A stretch of DNA of 64,000 nt, taken from NCBI GenBank assembly GCA_038231135.1, contig JBBRLX010000008.1, positions 1-64,000 on the forward strand, written 5' to 3'. Source of the DNA: Candidatus Eiseniibacteriota bacterium (GTDB lineage: Bacteria; Eisenbacteria; RBG-16-71-46). The notes beneath the pieces are model-generated. The model did not search any database and was not told the origin of the DNA. It saw only the letters and a program-made list of their open reading frames with translations. Positions 37,083 through 46,463 of this stretch are shown here, piece after piece (the first letter of the stretch is position 1; the number at the start of each line of letters is the position of its first letter). A program made the position numbers and the translations under genes.

Positions 37083-38165
37083 TCACGCCGCGGCGGGGCG
37101 CCTCGGCCATAATGCCACGTACAGCGAGGTCGCCATGAACGCGAGCAACGTCGTCATGATTGCGATCGTGGCGCGCCGGGGCCTAGCTTGATGCTCGGTG
37201 GGATAGGCGTGGTCGAGAATCTGCACGGTGGGTGTGTCCATCATCTCGCGAATCCGCGCCTGCTCGAGTTCCGCCGTGAGCAGCAGGAACACTTGTTCCT
37301 GGACCTTTTGATCGCGGATCATGCGCGTGAGGTCGCTCTGCATCGCGGGCAGCGTCGCGATCCGTTGCTCGAGCTGGTCGAGTTCGGTCTTCGCGGACTG
37401 GATCTCGTCGTTGTCCTCGCGCAGGTAGGTGCGCAGCACGCCGAGCCGCACTTCGAGGGCGATTTTGCGCGCCATGAGGTCGGCCGATGACTGCATGTCG
37501 CCCGAGTTGATCGAGGTGGGCACGACCGTGTGACGCTTCTCCTGGTAGGTCTTGATCGTGTTCTCGGTCACTCGCAGCGTCGAGTCGGTTTCACGGACGC
37601 GCTGCTCCAGGAACTCGCGGGTGCGCCTGGCCCGGGTGTTGCGAGTGCCGATGTTGTAGCGGTCGAGCTCCTGCAGGAAGGCCATTGCCATGTCCGCGGC
37701 ACGTTTGGAGTCGCGGTCCTCGACCGACACCGAGATGATGCCCTCGGGAGCCAGCTTCACGCTGTAATGGGTTTTCAGTTCCTTCAGGGTCTTCTCGCGA
37801 CTCTTGAGCTTGTAGACCTTCTGCAGGTTGAACCGGTCGATCACGGCGCCCTGGATCGTCTCGCTGGCGAGTTCCGCCTTGAACACATCCGCAGGCGTGA
37901 AGAAGTCTCCCAGCGATCCGAATTGCGGGAACTTGGACAGGGCCTTCTGTGCCAGTCCCATGTTCGTAAGCAGGTCGCTGTCGTCGGGTGGCAGGATCGT
38001 GGCCTGGGCGCGATACCAGTTCGGCAACAGGAACGCCAACCCCAGCGTGAGCAGCCCGGCCGCGAGCGAAACGATCGCGATCCGGAAACGATCCTGCCAG
38101 ATGCGCCCCACCAGCACCTGCAGATCGAGACGTGTCGGAAGCGGGGTGACGGGTTCGGTGGCCAT
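37083..38165 (-). CDS. Polysaccharide co-polymerase / chain-length determinant (Wzz/GumC-like, no kinase domain)
   Basis: N-terminal TM plus LPNWYRAQATILPP, coiled coil, VQILDHAYP...PRR plus C-terminal TM. Confidence 0.9.
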   Translation of the reverse strand: MATEPVTPLPTRLDLQVLVGRIWQDRFRIAIVSLAAGLLTLGLAFLLPNWYRAQATILPPDDSDLLTNMGLAQKALSKFPQFGSLGDFFTPADVFKAELASETIQGAVIDRFNLQKVYKLKSREKTLKELKTHYSVKLAPEGIISVSVEDRDSKRAADMAMAFLQELDRYNIGTRNTRARRTREFLEQRVRETDSTLRVTENTIKTYQEKRHTVVPTSINSGDMQSSADLMARKIALEVRLGVLRTYLREDNDEIQSAKTELDQLEQRIATLPAMQSDLTRMIRDQKVQEQVFLLLTAELEQARIREMMDTPTVQILDHAYPTEHQARPRRATIAIMTTLLAFMATSLYVALWPRRPAAA

Positions 38166-38172
38166 CAGGGTC

Positions 38173-39822
38173 CTATCGTATCGTGTGGAATGCGAGCACC
38201 ACGGTCGCAACCTGGGCCGCTGCCATCAGCACGGTGCTGGCCTGTTCCCAGAACGTCACGTCACGCTTCTCGGGAACCCAGATGAAGTCGCCCGGGTCGA
38301 GTTTCTGGAGGTCCTTGGCGAGGAACGTCTGTCCCGTCACCGAACGCGTGACCCGCACCTTCGCGCGCCACGCGCGCTCCGAGTAGCCGCCCGCGCCTCG
38401 CACGTAGTCTGCCACGCTCTCGCCCGGACGGTACGATACGATGCCCGGACGGCGCACCTGGCCGTCCACCCGGATCGAATTCACGAGCCGCTCCACCAGG
38501 ACGACGTCGCCACCCAGGAGCAGGACGTCGAGTGACGGCTCCGACTGGAGCCGGCTCCAGTCGATGCGATACTCCTCCCGCTGGCCCGCGAGCTTGGTGT
38601 TCAGCACTTCGTACTCCGAGTCGGTCAGTTCGCGGCGCGACAATCGCAGCAGGCGCTGCAACTCGGGATCCTCGGCGGGAAGGACACCGCTCGGGCGGCG
38701 CATGCGGATCGACGCCAGATCGGCGCCGGGCAGGAAGCCGCCGGCGGCGCGGATCGCGTCGGTCACGCGATCCCTCCCCACCGTGATGGGATAGGACCCC
38801 GGCCGCATCACCTGACCGTATACGGTCACGTCGTTCTGCTGCTGGTATTGCGAAATGAAATAGATATACAGCCGGTCGCCGTTGCGAAGGGGCGGATTCA
38901 CGGTCCCGTCCAGCACCTTCGTCACCTCGACCCACGATGTATCGGTATGCACGGCGTCCAGCCAGCGGACGAACAACGCCCGGGTCTCATCCGCCGACGG
39001 TACGAGGCCGCCGCCGAGCGCGAGCAGGGTACGCAGGCTGTCGCGCGGACCCATCTCGTAGCGCGACGGCCGGGCGACGGCGCCCTGGATGGTCACGAAG
39101 CTCGTGGCGGTGGGCACGTGCAGCACGTCGCCGTCGCGCACCCACGGGTTGAGCGACTGGCTCGACGTGCGAAGAAACAGTTCGAGGTCGGCGCGTTCGC
39201 GGGTCCCGTCCCGGTGCACGACCTCGATCTGGCGCAACGACGCGTTATCGAGCGGCTCCGACTGTAGGATCAGGTCCCCCACGCGGCTCGTACCGGTCGC
39301 GGGGTAGGGACCGGGAGTCTTGACGTTTCCGGTGACGTAAATGAGGAATGTGCGCGGCCGCATCAGGCGCACGTCCATCGCCACGCTCCGGAAATCGGGT
39401 TTCAAACGCGCCAGGATGCGGTTGCGCGCCTCCCGCAGCGTGAGCCCGTTGACGTCGAGGGTGCCCGAGCTCGGCAGCAGCACGGTGCCTTCGGGCCCGA
39501 CTTCGAGCGTGATCAGACGCGAAATCCCACCGGTGATGCTGAGCTGGAGCACGTCGCCGGGTCCCATGAGATAGGTGGCCGGGTCCACCGCGCCCGGCAG
39601 CTGGAGCTGCGCCGAGCTCGTGAGCTGGCGCCGCAACTCGTCGCGCCGGACCGCGGCCTCGCGGGTGGCTTCGGCGTCGCGACTGCCCTGGGTTTCCGTT
39701 GGGCTGGTCGAACGGGGCTGGGGTTCGGCCTGGTCCTGTTCGTCCTGCGCCAGCGCCGGCAGCGACGCCATCATGGCGATCACCGTAACCAGCAACCCGA
39801 TCCGTCGAGTCCCGTGCATCAT
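38173..39822 (-). CDS. Polysaccharide export protein with multiple SLBB domains (Wza/KpsD-like)
   Basis: YLMGPGDVL, repeated V.G.V..PG.Y...AGG and L..GD motifs. Signal peptide. Confidence 0.92.
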   Translation of the reverse strand: MMHGTRRIGLLVTVIAMMASLPALAQDEQDQAEPQPRSTSPTETQGSRDAEATREAAVRRDELRRQLTSSAQLQLPGAVDPATYLMGPGDVLQLSITGGISRLITLEVGPEGTVLLPSSGTLDVNGLTLREARNRILARLKPDFRSVAMDVRLMRPRTFLIYVTGNVKTPGPYPATGTSRVGDLILQSEPLDNASLRQIEVVHRDGTRERADLELFLRTSSQSLNPWVRDGDVLHVPTATSFVTIQGAVARPSRYEMGPRDSLRTLLALGGGLVPSADETRALFVRWLDAVHTDTSWVEVTKVLDGTVNPPLRNGDRLYIYFISQYQQQNDVTVYGQVMRPGSYPITVGRDRVTDAIRAAGGFLPGADLASIRMRRPSGVLPAEDPELQRLLRLSRRELTDSEYEVLNTKLAGQREEYRIDWSRLQSEPSLDVLLLGGDVVLVERLVNSIRVDGQVRRPGIVSYRPGESVADYVRGAGGYSERAWRAKVRVTRSVTGQTFLAKDLQKLDPGDFIWVPEKRDVTFWEQASTVLMAAAQVATVVLAFHTIR

Positions 39823-40871
39823 GCCTTCACCTCTTTGAGCACGCGTCGCTGACCGTACATGCGCTCGTAGTACTGGCGGAACTCGCCGTCCTTGATCGGC
39901 CGCCACCACGCCTCGTGCGCGCGATACCATTCGACCGTCTGCCGGATCCCCGTTTCGAATGCCACCCGCGGCCGCCAGCCCGTCGCGCTCGTCAGTCGCG
40001 ACGAATCCACGGCATAGCGGCGGTCGTGGCCCAGCCGGTCGTCGACGTGACGGATCAGCGTCTGCGGCTTACCCAGCAGCTCGAGAATCGTGCGGGTGAT
40101 CGTGAGCACGTCGAGCTCGTGCTGCGCGCCGATGTTGAACGTGGCGCCCTCGATGCCGGGCTGTTCGAGCAGCGCGATGAGCGCGTCGCAATGATCGTCC
40201 ACGTGGAGCCAGTCACGCTGGTTGAGGCCGGTGCCATAGACCGGCAGCGGCGTGTCGTCGATCGCGTTCGTGATGAACAGCGGGACGAGCTTCTCGGGAT
40301 ACTGGCGCGGACCGTAGTTGTTGGAACAGCGGCTCACAACCACCGGCAGGCCATAGGTGGCCCAGTAGGCGTACGCCAGACGGTCGCCGCCGGCCTTGCT
40401 GGCGGCGTACGGACTGCGCGGGTTGAGCGGCCAGTCCTCGGTGGAGTGCCCTTCGAGCACCTCGCCATAGACCTCGTCCGTCGAAACCTGCAGGAACCGC
40501 CGCACCTTGCGGCGGCGGGCCTCCTCGCACAGCACGAACACACCATAGACGTCCGTCTGGATGAAATCGCCGGGATGCTCGATCGAGCGGTCGACATGGG
40601 ACTCGGCGGCGAAATTCAGCACGTAATCGCACCCCGTCATGGCGCGCGCGACGGCTTCGGGGTCGCGGATGTCGCCGTGCTCGAATGTCAGCGAGCGGGC
40701 GGGAATTCCGTCGAGGTTCTCCCTGCGGCCCGCATACGTCAGTGAATCGAGCACCACGATGTGGCTGGCGGGAAACCGCCCGAGAAACCGCTGGACGAAG
40801 TTGGAACCGATGAATCCCGCGCCGCCGGTCACCAGCACACGACTGCCGCCGAGCGGAGATCGATCAGCCAT
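39819..40871 (-). CDS. rfbB: dTDP-glucose 4,6-dehydratase
   Basis: TGGAGFIGSNF, LTYAG, NFAAESHVDRSI, VSTDEVYG, SPYAASKA and GHDRRYA motifs. Confidence 0.97.
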   Translation of the reverse strand: MADRSPLGGSRVLVTGGAGFIGSNFVQRFLGRFPASHIVVLDSLTYAGRRENLDGIPARSLTFEHGDIRDPEAVARAMTGCDYVLNFAAESHVDRSIEHPGDFIQTDVYGVFVLCEEARRRKVRRFLQVSTDEVYGEVLEGHSTEDWPLNPRSPYAASKAGGDRLAYAYWATYGLPVVVSRCSNNYGPRQYPEKLVPLFITNAIDDTPLPVYGTGLNQRDWLHVDDHCDALIALLEQPGIEGATFNIGAQHELDVLTITRTILELLGKPQTLIRHVDDRLGHDRRYAVDSSRLTSATGWRPRVAFETGIRQTVEWYRAHEAWWRPIKDGEFRQYYERMYGQRRVLKEVKA

Positions 40872-41319
40872 CTACCCGGCTCCAGTCGTACGGCACACTC
40901 GGGTCGTGCGCCGGCACCCGGAACTCGTCGGGTTCGTCGTACACGTAGTGCTCGGTCGGCGTGTTGACGAGGTACGCGGCCTCGGTTCCGATGCCCTTCA
41001 TCCCGTGCATCACGAACGGAGGAATCACGAGCAGGATCGGATTGCGATCACCCATGAAGAACTCGTTGACTTCGCCCCGCGTGGCACCGGTCTCGCGGCT
41101 GTCATAGAGCACCACCTTGGCCATGCCCTTCACGAACACGAAGTGATCGGTCTGACGCTTGTGGAAATGCCAGCCCTTGACGACCCCCGGGTAAACGACC
41201 GACAGGTACACCTGCCCGAACTTCTGGTAGATGTCGTCGTCGTCCCTCAGCATTTCCATCAGCCAGCCACGCTCGTCCGGAATCACCTTGAGCCGCTTGA
41301 TGCGGACACCCTCGATCAT
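40864..41319 (-). CDS. rfbC: dTDP-4-dehydrorhamnose 3,5-epimerase family protein
   Basis: DERGWLME, PGVVKGWHFH and IPPFVMHG motifs. Confidence 0.9.
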   Translation of the reverse strand: MIEGVRIKRLKVIPDERGWLMEMLRDDDDIYQKFGQVYLSVVYPGVVKGWHFHKRQTDHFVFVKGMAKVVLYDSRETGATRGEVNEFFMGDRNPILLVIPPFVMHGMKGIGTEAAYLVNTPTEHYVYDEPDEFRVPAHDPSVPYDWSRVDG

Positions 41320-42702
41320 TTAGGAGGCTTTCCGTGCGGCCAGCCGTGGACCCGGCCTGCGCCGGGCGCCCGCCTTCACGCCGGCACGCCCGCGTCCCAC
41401 GCCGACGTGCGTCCAGCCCGCGGCCTCGACTTCGATCGGATCGTAGAGGTTGCGAAGGTCGCACAGCACCGGCTTCTTCATCACGCGCTTGAGCCGGGCC
41501 AGATCCATGTTCCGGAACTCGTTCCACTCCGTGATGATCGCGATCGCATGCGCGCCACGGGCGCAGCCGAGCGCGTCATCGGCGAACTCGACGCCGCGCA
41601 TCGCCGGCAGCTTCTTGGCGCCGGGCATCGACACCGGATCGAACGCGCGAACCTTCACGCCGCGGCGCTTGAGTCCGGCGATGATCTGCAGCGCCGGCGC
41701 TTCGCGCAGGTCGTCGGTGTTGGGCTTGAACGCCAGGCCCAGCACGGCGACGGTCTTGCCACGCGGCGAACCGATCGAGGCGCAGATCTTGTCGACCATG
41801 AGCCGCATCTGGTTCTCGTTGGCCCGGATCACGGCGTCGACGATGTTCGATTCCACCTTCGCGTCGCCCGCGAACGCCGACAACGCGTGCGTGTCCTTCG
41901 GGAAGCACGAACCCCCGTAGCCGGGACCGGCGTGCAGGAACTTGGAGCCGATGCGGCGGTCCATGCCCACGCCCTTCGCGACCATCTGGACGTCGGCGCC
42001 GAGCACCTCGCACAGGTTCGCAATCTCGTTGATGAACGAGATCTTGGTGGCGAGGAAGCAGTTCGACGCGTACTTGATCAGCTCGGCGGTCTCGAGCGAC
42101 GTTACGACCATCGGCGTCTCGATCAGGAACAACGGATCGTGGATCTTGCGCAGCACCTCTTCGGCCTTGCGCGATTCGGCGCCGATGACGACGCGGTCGG
42201 GCCGCATGAACGTCTCGATCGCCGAGCCCTCGCGCAGGAATTCGGGATTCGACGCGACGTCGAACTCGCCGCCGCGCTTCGCGAACTTGCGCATCCAGCC
42301 ATACAGGCTGCGTGCGGTGCCTACGGGTGCGGTGCTCTTCTGCACCACGAGCTTGTAGCCGTCGAGGTTCTGGGCCACGATCTTGGCGACGGCGTAGATC
42401 GCGCTGGTATCCGCCGACCCGTCGGCGCGCGGCGGCGTCCCAACGGTGATGAACACGACTTTCGAACCCTTGAGCGCATCCTTGAGGTCGCTGCTGAACT
42501 TCAGCCGGCCCTCGACGACATTCCGCTCCACGAGCTCGGGCAGTCCGGGTTCGAAGAATGGCAACTCGCGATTGCGCAGGCGTTCGATCTTGCCCGCATC
42601 GGCGTCGACGCACGTGACGTGATTGCCGAAGTCGGCAAGGCAGGCGCCAGTCACGAGGCCGACGTAGCCGGTCCCCACCACAGTGATCGAGTACAGAGGC
42701 AT
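41320..42702 (-). CDS. ugd: UDP-glucose 6-dehydrogenase
   Basis: GTGYVGL, SNPEFLREG, GPGYGGSCFPKD and AFKPNTDDLRE motifs. Confidence 0.97.
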   Translation of the reverse strand: MPLYSITVVGTGYVGLVTGACLADFGNHVTCVDADAGKIERLRNRELPFFEPGLPELVERNVVEGRLKFSSDLKDALKGSKVVFITVGTPPRADGSADTSAIYAVAKIVAQNLDGYKLVVQKSTAPVGTARSLYGWMRKFAKRGGEFDVASNPEFLREGSAIETFMRPDRVVIGAESRKAEEVLRKIHDPLFLIETPMVVTSLETAELIKYASNCFLATKISFINEIANLCEVLGADVQMVAKGVGMDRRIGSKFLHAGPGYGGSCFPKDTHALSAFAGDAKVESNIVDAVIRANENQMRLMVDKICASIGSPRGKTVAVLGLAFKPNTDDLREAPALQIIAGLKRRGVKVRAFDPVSMPGAKKLPAMRGVEFADDALGCARGAHAIAIITEWNEFRNMDLARLKRVMKKPVLCDLRNLYDPIEVEAAGWTHVGVGRGRAGVKAGARRRPGPRLAARKAS

Positions 42703-42744
42703 GCCCTTTCGCTACGCGCCGGTGTCGACCGGCGCAGTCCGGCA

Positions 42745-42759
42745 GCTACAGAAGTGCCT
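42745..42759 (-). promoter_or_regulatory. Putative sigma54 (-24/-12) promoter upstream of ugd
   Basis: Minus strand reads AGGCAC-ttctg-TAGC, with GG and GC at canonical spacing, 43 nt before the ATG. Confidence 0.45.
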
Positions 42760-42924
42760 AAGATAGGTTTCGCCGGAGTTCCGGTCAATTCGGAACCCCC
42801 TCCAGCCCATTTCCTTGCATCGACCGGCTCGGGCGAAAACCTGAGCGGATTTTCACCTCGACAAGCAGCTGATTCTTAGGCGCGGCGAGGTGATTGTCAT
42901 AGCGTTGACGGCCGGGCCTTGCGC

Positions 42925-43896
42925 TTACGCGCCCGCCCCGCGCACGCGGACACGCCAATCCTCGAGCACGTCCGCGAGCGTTTGGTCGAGCGGGATCGCG
43001 GGCGACCAGCCGGTGTCGCGCCCGATCGCGGTGCGATCGCCGACGAGCCACCGCACGTCCGCCGGCCGCATGCGCGCCGGGTCCACGCGCACCTCGACCG
43101 GCACCCGCGACGCCGCGGCCAGCCGGCGCACCACGTCCGTCAGCCGCACGCCTTCGCCGCTGCACACATTGTAGGCCGCGCCCGCCTTGCCACGCTCGAA
43201 CAGCGCGACGTAGGCGAGCGCGACATCGCGCACGTCGCACAGATCACGCACCACGTCGAGATTGCCGACTTCGAGCACCGGCGCTCCGCGGCCCGCCTCG
43301 GCGTTCGCGATCTGTTGCGCGAATGCCGGGATCGCGAAGCGTGGCTCCTGGCCGGGACCGGCGTGACCGAACGACCGCGCGCGCACCACGTACTGGCCGC
43401 GCTGCGACGCGATCGCGCCGAACGCGTCGGCCGCCGCCTTGGAGATGCCGTAGGGGCTCACCGGCCGCTGCGTGGCGTCCTCGGCCACGCGCACGCCGTC
43501 ACCGCCCGCGCCGTAGATCTCGCCGCTGGTGACGAGCACGATCCGCGCGTGCGGGGCGTAGATCCGCGCCGCCTCGAGCAGGTGCCAGGTGCCGAGACTG
43601 TTCACCTGGAACGTCTCGAGCGGATGCTCGAACGAGCGCGCGGCGCTGCTCTGCCCGGCGAGGTGCAGCAGGCAGTCCGGCTCGGCTTGCGCGACCGCGG
43701 TCGCGAGACTGTCGGGGTCCAGCAGGTCCGAGTCGTGCCATGCCGCGAGCGGCATGCCCTCCGGGCGCGGTCCGCCGGTGCCGTCGACGCTCGCCCCGAG
43801 CTCCGCGAGCGCCCGCACCACGTGGTGACCCACGAAGCCTCCGGCACCCGTCACCAGCACCCTGCGCCCCTGCCAGCCGCCGAACGCGTCCGCCAT
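42925..43896 (-). CDS. rmd: GDP-4-keto-6-deoxy-D-mannose reductase-like SDR
   Basis: TGAGGFVG, HLAGQSS, SPYGISKAAAD, HAGPGQ and VGNLDVVRD motifs. Confidence 0.8.
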   Translation of the reverse strand: MADAFGGWQGRRVLVTGAGGFVGHHVVRALAELGASVDGTGGPRPEGMPLAAWHDSDLLDPDSLATAVAQAEPDCLLHLAGQSSAARSFEHPLETFQVNSLGTWHLLEAARIYAPHARIVLVTSGEIYGAGGDGVRVAEDATQRPVSPYGISKAAADAFGAIASQRGQYVVRARSFGHAGPGQEPRFAIPAFAQQIANAEAGRGAPVLEVGNLDVVRDLCDVRDVALAYVALFERGKAGAAYNVCSGEGVRLTDVVRRLAAASRVPVEVRVDPARMRPADVRWLVGDRTAIGRDTGWSPAIPLDQTLADVLEDWRVRVRGAGA

Positions 43897-43907
43897 ACGG
43901 GATCCCA

Positions 43908-44861
43908 CTAGCGGGTCCGCCAGTACTCCAGCATGTCCGCCAGCGTGGTTTCGAACGGAATCGTCGGCTGCCAGCCCGTGACCGCCGAGAACTTGGAATG
44001 GTCGCCGAGCAAAATGGGCACGTCGCTGGGACGCAGTCGTGCGGGATCCTGGCGCACTTCGATCTTCGTACGCGAGAGCCCGAGCAGGTGGTCCAGCATG
44101 TCGCCGATCCGCCACGCCTTGCCGCTGCAGATGTTGTAGACCTCGCCGGGCTCGCACTTCTCGAGCGCCAGCCAGTACGCCCGTACCATGTCGCGTACGT
44201 CGGTGAAGTCCCGCAGCGCGTCGAGGTTGCCGACGCGGACCACCGGTTCGCGGCGGCCGTTCTCGATATCCGCGATCTGCTTCGCGAAATCCGACGCGAC
44301 GAACACCGGACCGCGTCGCGGGCCTTCGTGATTGAAGCCGCGCGTACGCACGCTATCGACCTGCCACGACATCCAGTACTGGTAGCCGAGCATGTCCTGC
44401 GCCACCTTGCTCACGGCGTAGGGCGACAGCGGGCGCAGCGGGTTCGTCTCGCGGATCGGGGTCTCGTCGGGAAACACCATGCCGTATTCCTCGCTCGAAC
44501 ACGCGAGCTGGATCCGGCATTTCAGTCCGATGCGGCGCACCGCCTCGAACAGGTTCACCTGCCCGAGGATGTTGGTGGTGAGCGATTCGGTGGGTGCGCT
44601 CCACGACGTCGGGACGAATGACTGGGCCGCGAGGTGGAAGATCCAGTCGGGCCGCACCTTCTCGAGCGTGTCGCGGGTCGAGGACGAATCGCGCAGGTCG
44701 CACTCCAGCAGCGTGATGCGGTCGCGGACATGCTCGATGTTCTCGGTGCGGCTCCGCCACCGCAGGATGCCGTAGATCTCGGCGTCGCCGCGTTCCAGCA
44801 TATAGTCGACGAGGTGGCTGCCGGCGAAGCCGGTGACCCCGGTCACGAGCACTCGACGCAT
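43908..44861 (-). CDS. gmd: GDP-mannose 4,6-dehydratase-like SDR
   Basis: TGVTGFAGSHL, HLAAQSFV, SSEEYG, SPYAVSK and FNHEGPRR motifs. Start ATG 44861. Confidence 0.82.
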   Translation of the reverse strand: MRRVLVTGVTGFAGSHLVDYMLERGDAEIYGILRWRSRTENIEHVRDRITLLECDLRDSSSTRDTLEKVRPDWIFHLAAQSFVPTSWSAPTESLTTNILGQVNLFEAVRRIGLKCRIQLACSSEEYGMVFPDETPIRETNPLRPLSPYAVSKVAQDMLGYQYWMSWQVDSVRTRGFNHEGPRRGPVFVASDFAKQIADIENGRREPVVRVGNLDALRDFTDVRDMVRAYWLALEKCEPGEVYNICSGKAWRIGDMLDHLLGLSRTKIEVRQDPARLRPSDVPILLGDHSKFSAVTGWQPTIPFETTLADMLEYWRTR

Positions 44862-44905
44862 GAAGGTTCCCCCGAATCCGGTCTTGGTGAAGCGGGCAGC
44901 GGCGG

Positions 44906-44935
44906 ACGATAGGGTTCGCGGGACCCCGGGGTCAA
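44906..44935 (-). promoter_or_regulatory. Putative sigma70 promoter of gmd-rmd
   Basis: TTGACC-N18-TATCGT on the minus strand. Confidence 0.5.
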
Positions 44936-44995
44936 CGCGCGGGAGCAGCGTCCGGGGTCCGTCCCGGCATCGATCCGCGCCCCCGACCGCACCGA

Positions 44996-46255
44996 TCAGC
45001 GGCCGGTCTCGGCTCCGATCCGCGTCTCCGGCAGGCGGCTGCGACCATTGGTGCGTGGCATCTTGCGGTGCTCGATCGGCGGGGCGCTGTCCGGCGGCCG
45101 CACCGGGAACACCGGAGCGACGGCGGCGTCCAGGGCCAGCGCCCAATCGGCGTTGCCGAGCTTGGATTTGTCGATGTCCCTGGCGTACACCCGCCACACG
45201 GTCCGCGCGACGCCGAGGTACCGGGCATCCCCCGCGACGCTCGACAGCTCGCACAGGAACAGCGCGGCGCGCGCGTTCTCGACCGCATCGCGGCCGGGCA
45301 TCCGCGTGAACCGGCCCTTCTTGAGCGTCATCGCACTGCGGAATGCTCCCACCTTGTCGGTGTAGCGCCGGATCATCAGGTCGGCCACCCGGCGCGCGCG
45401 CACCAGATCGCCCGGCCGGCCGCCGAGTTTGGCGCTGAGCACCAGGGCGCGACCCATCTCGGTCTGGTCCGCGAGCTGCGGCAGCGCGAGCAACTCGCCG
45501 AACGAGTCGGTGCGCACGAACCCCAGGCTGTCGCGCCACGCGGAGGCCCACACGCGGTCGATGCTGCGATAGGCGAAGTCGCGGCAGCGCGAATCCCGCG
45601 CCGTGGCCCACCACCTCAGCCACGCGTGGACCGCGACACCGTTCACATCGGGCACCAGGTCCTGGTCGCCCACCGGATCCGACGTGAACCCGCCGCGGCC
45701 GTCGACGACGTTGCGGTCGGCGAATTCCAGCAAGCGCACGGCCGTCACCCAGTAGCGCGTGTCGTTCGTGGCCTCCCAGGCTTCGATCAGGTTCTCGAGC
45801 CGGCGCGCGTTGAGCCGCGTCGGGCGCTGGAACTGGTTCTGGCCGGCGACGCGCTCGGCATGCACGTAGAACCCGCCGCCCACGCTGTCCTCGAGCCCGA
45901 GCATCCACCGGGCCGTGAAGTCGCCACGGTCCTTCCAGCGCTCCTGCCCCGCACGGCGGCCGAGCAGGAACGCGAGATCGACCGCGCTCTCGCTCATCAC
46001 CCCGTGCGACACGAAGCCGCCCGCCGTGCTGTCGAACGAGTCCTCGACGCGATAGCACACCCGCTGCCACAGCGCCTGCTCGTCGGGATCGAGGCCGCCA
46101 AGCACCAGCGGCTCACGTGGCCTGGACTCGGATGCATGGTGGTGCGCCGCGAATGCGGCCGCGGGCGGCAGCGCCAGACTGCCGAGCACGAGCAGTGCGG
46201 CCAGCGGCGCGAAGCGCAGGGCACGACGGGCGCTGGCAGCAATGATCGGGTTCAA
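44996..46255 (-). CDS. Exported protein, probable (alpha/alpha)6 barrel (YyaL C-terminal / AGE-like)
   Basis: GGAGGT RBS plus TTG 46255. Signal peptide. Repeated D...GGF loops (DSTAGGF, DSVGGGF, DGRGGF) between helices. Confidence 0.65.
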   Translation of the reverse strand: MNPIIAASARRALRFAPLAALLVLGSLALPPAAAFAAHHHASESRPREPLVLGGLDPDEQALWQRVCYRVEDSFDSTAGGFVSHGVMSESAVDLAFLLGRRAGQERWKDRGDFTARWMLGLEDSVGGGFYVHAERVAGQNQFQRPTRLNARRLENLIEAWEATNDTRYWVTAVRLLEFADRNVVDGRGGFTSDPVGDQDLVPDVNGVAVHAWLRWWATARDSRCRDFAYRSIDRVWASAWRDSLGFVRTDSFGELLALPQLADQTEMGRALVLSAKLGGRPGDLVRARRVADLMIRRYTDKVGAFRSAMTLKKGRFTRMPGRDAVENARAALFLCELSSVAGDARYLGVARTVWRVYARDIDKSKLGNADWALALDAAVAPVFPVRPPDSAPPIEHRKMPRTNGRSRLPETRIGAETGR

Positions 46256-46463
46256 GCGGCACCTCCAGGGTGGCGGCGCCGTCCGGTACCAGGAATGTTC
46301 AGGCCGCCGGGCGACGGAGCGAGTCCGGTATGGTTTCGGCACCCGGAAGCCGTCTCTTGATGCCTGTGAACCGGGGCCCGGACCGGGGCCCATGCGGAGG
46401 CATGGCGGTCGGTCGTGTTCGCATTGCCCGCGCGGCGCCGCGTATGGCGCAGGCCGAAGCCAG

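Noticed and set aside
43908..46070. 720-aa ORF as an extended dehydratase
   Set aside because: The SDR begins at ATG 44861 with its own promoter; the upstream part is a shadow of the neighbouring gene.
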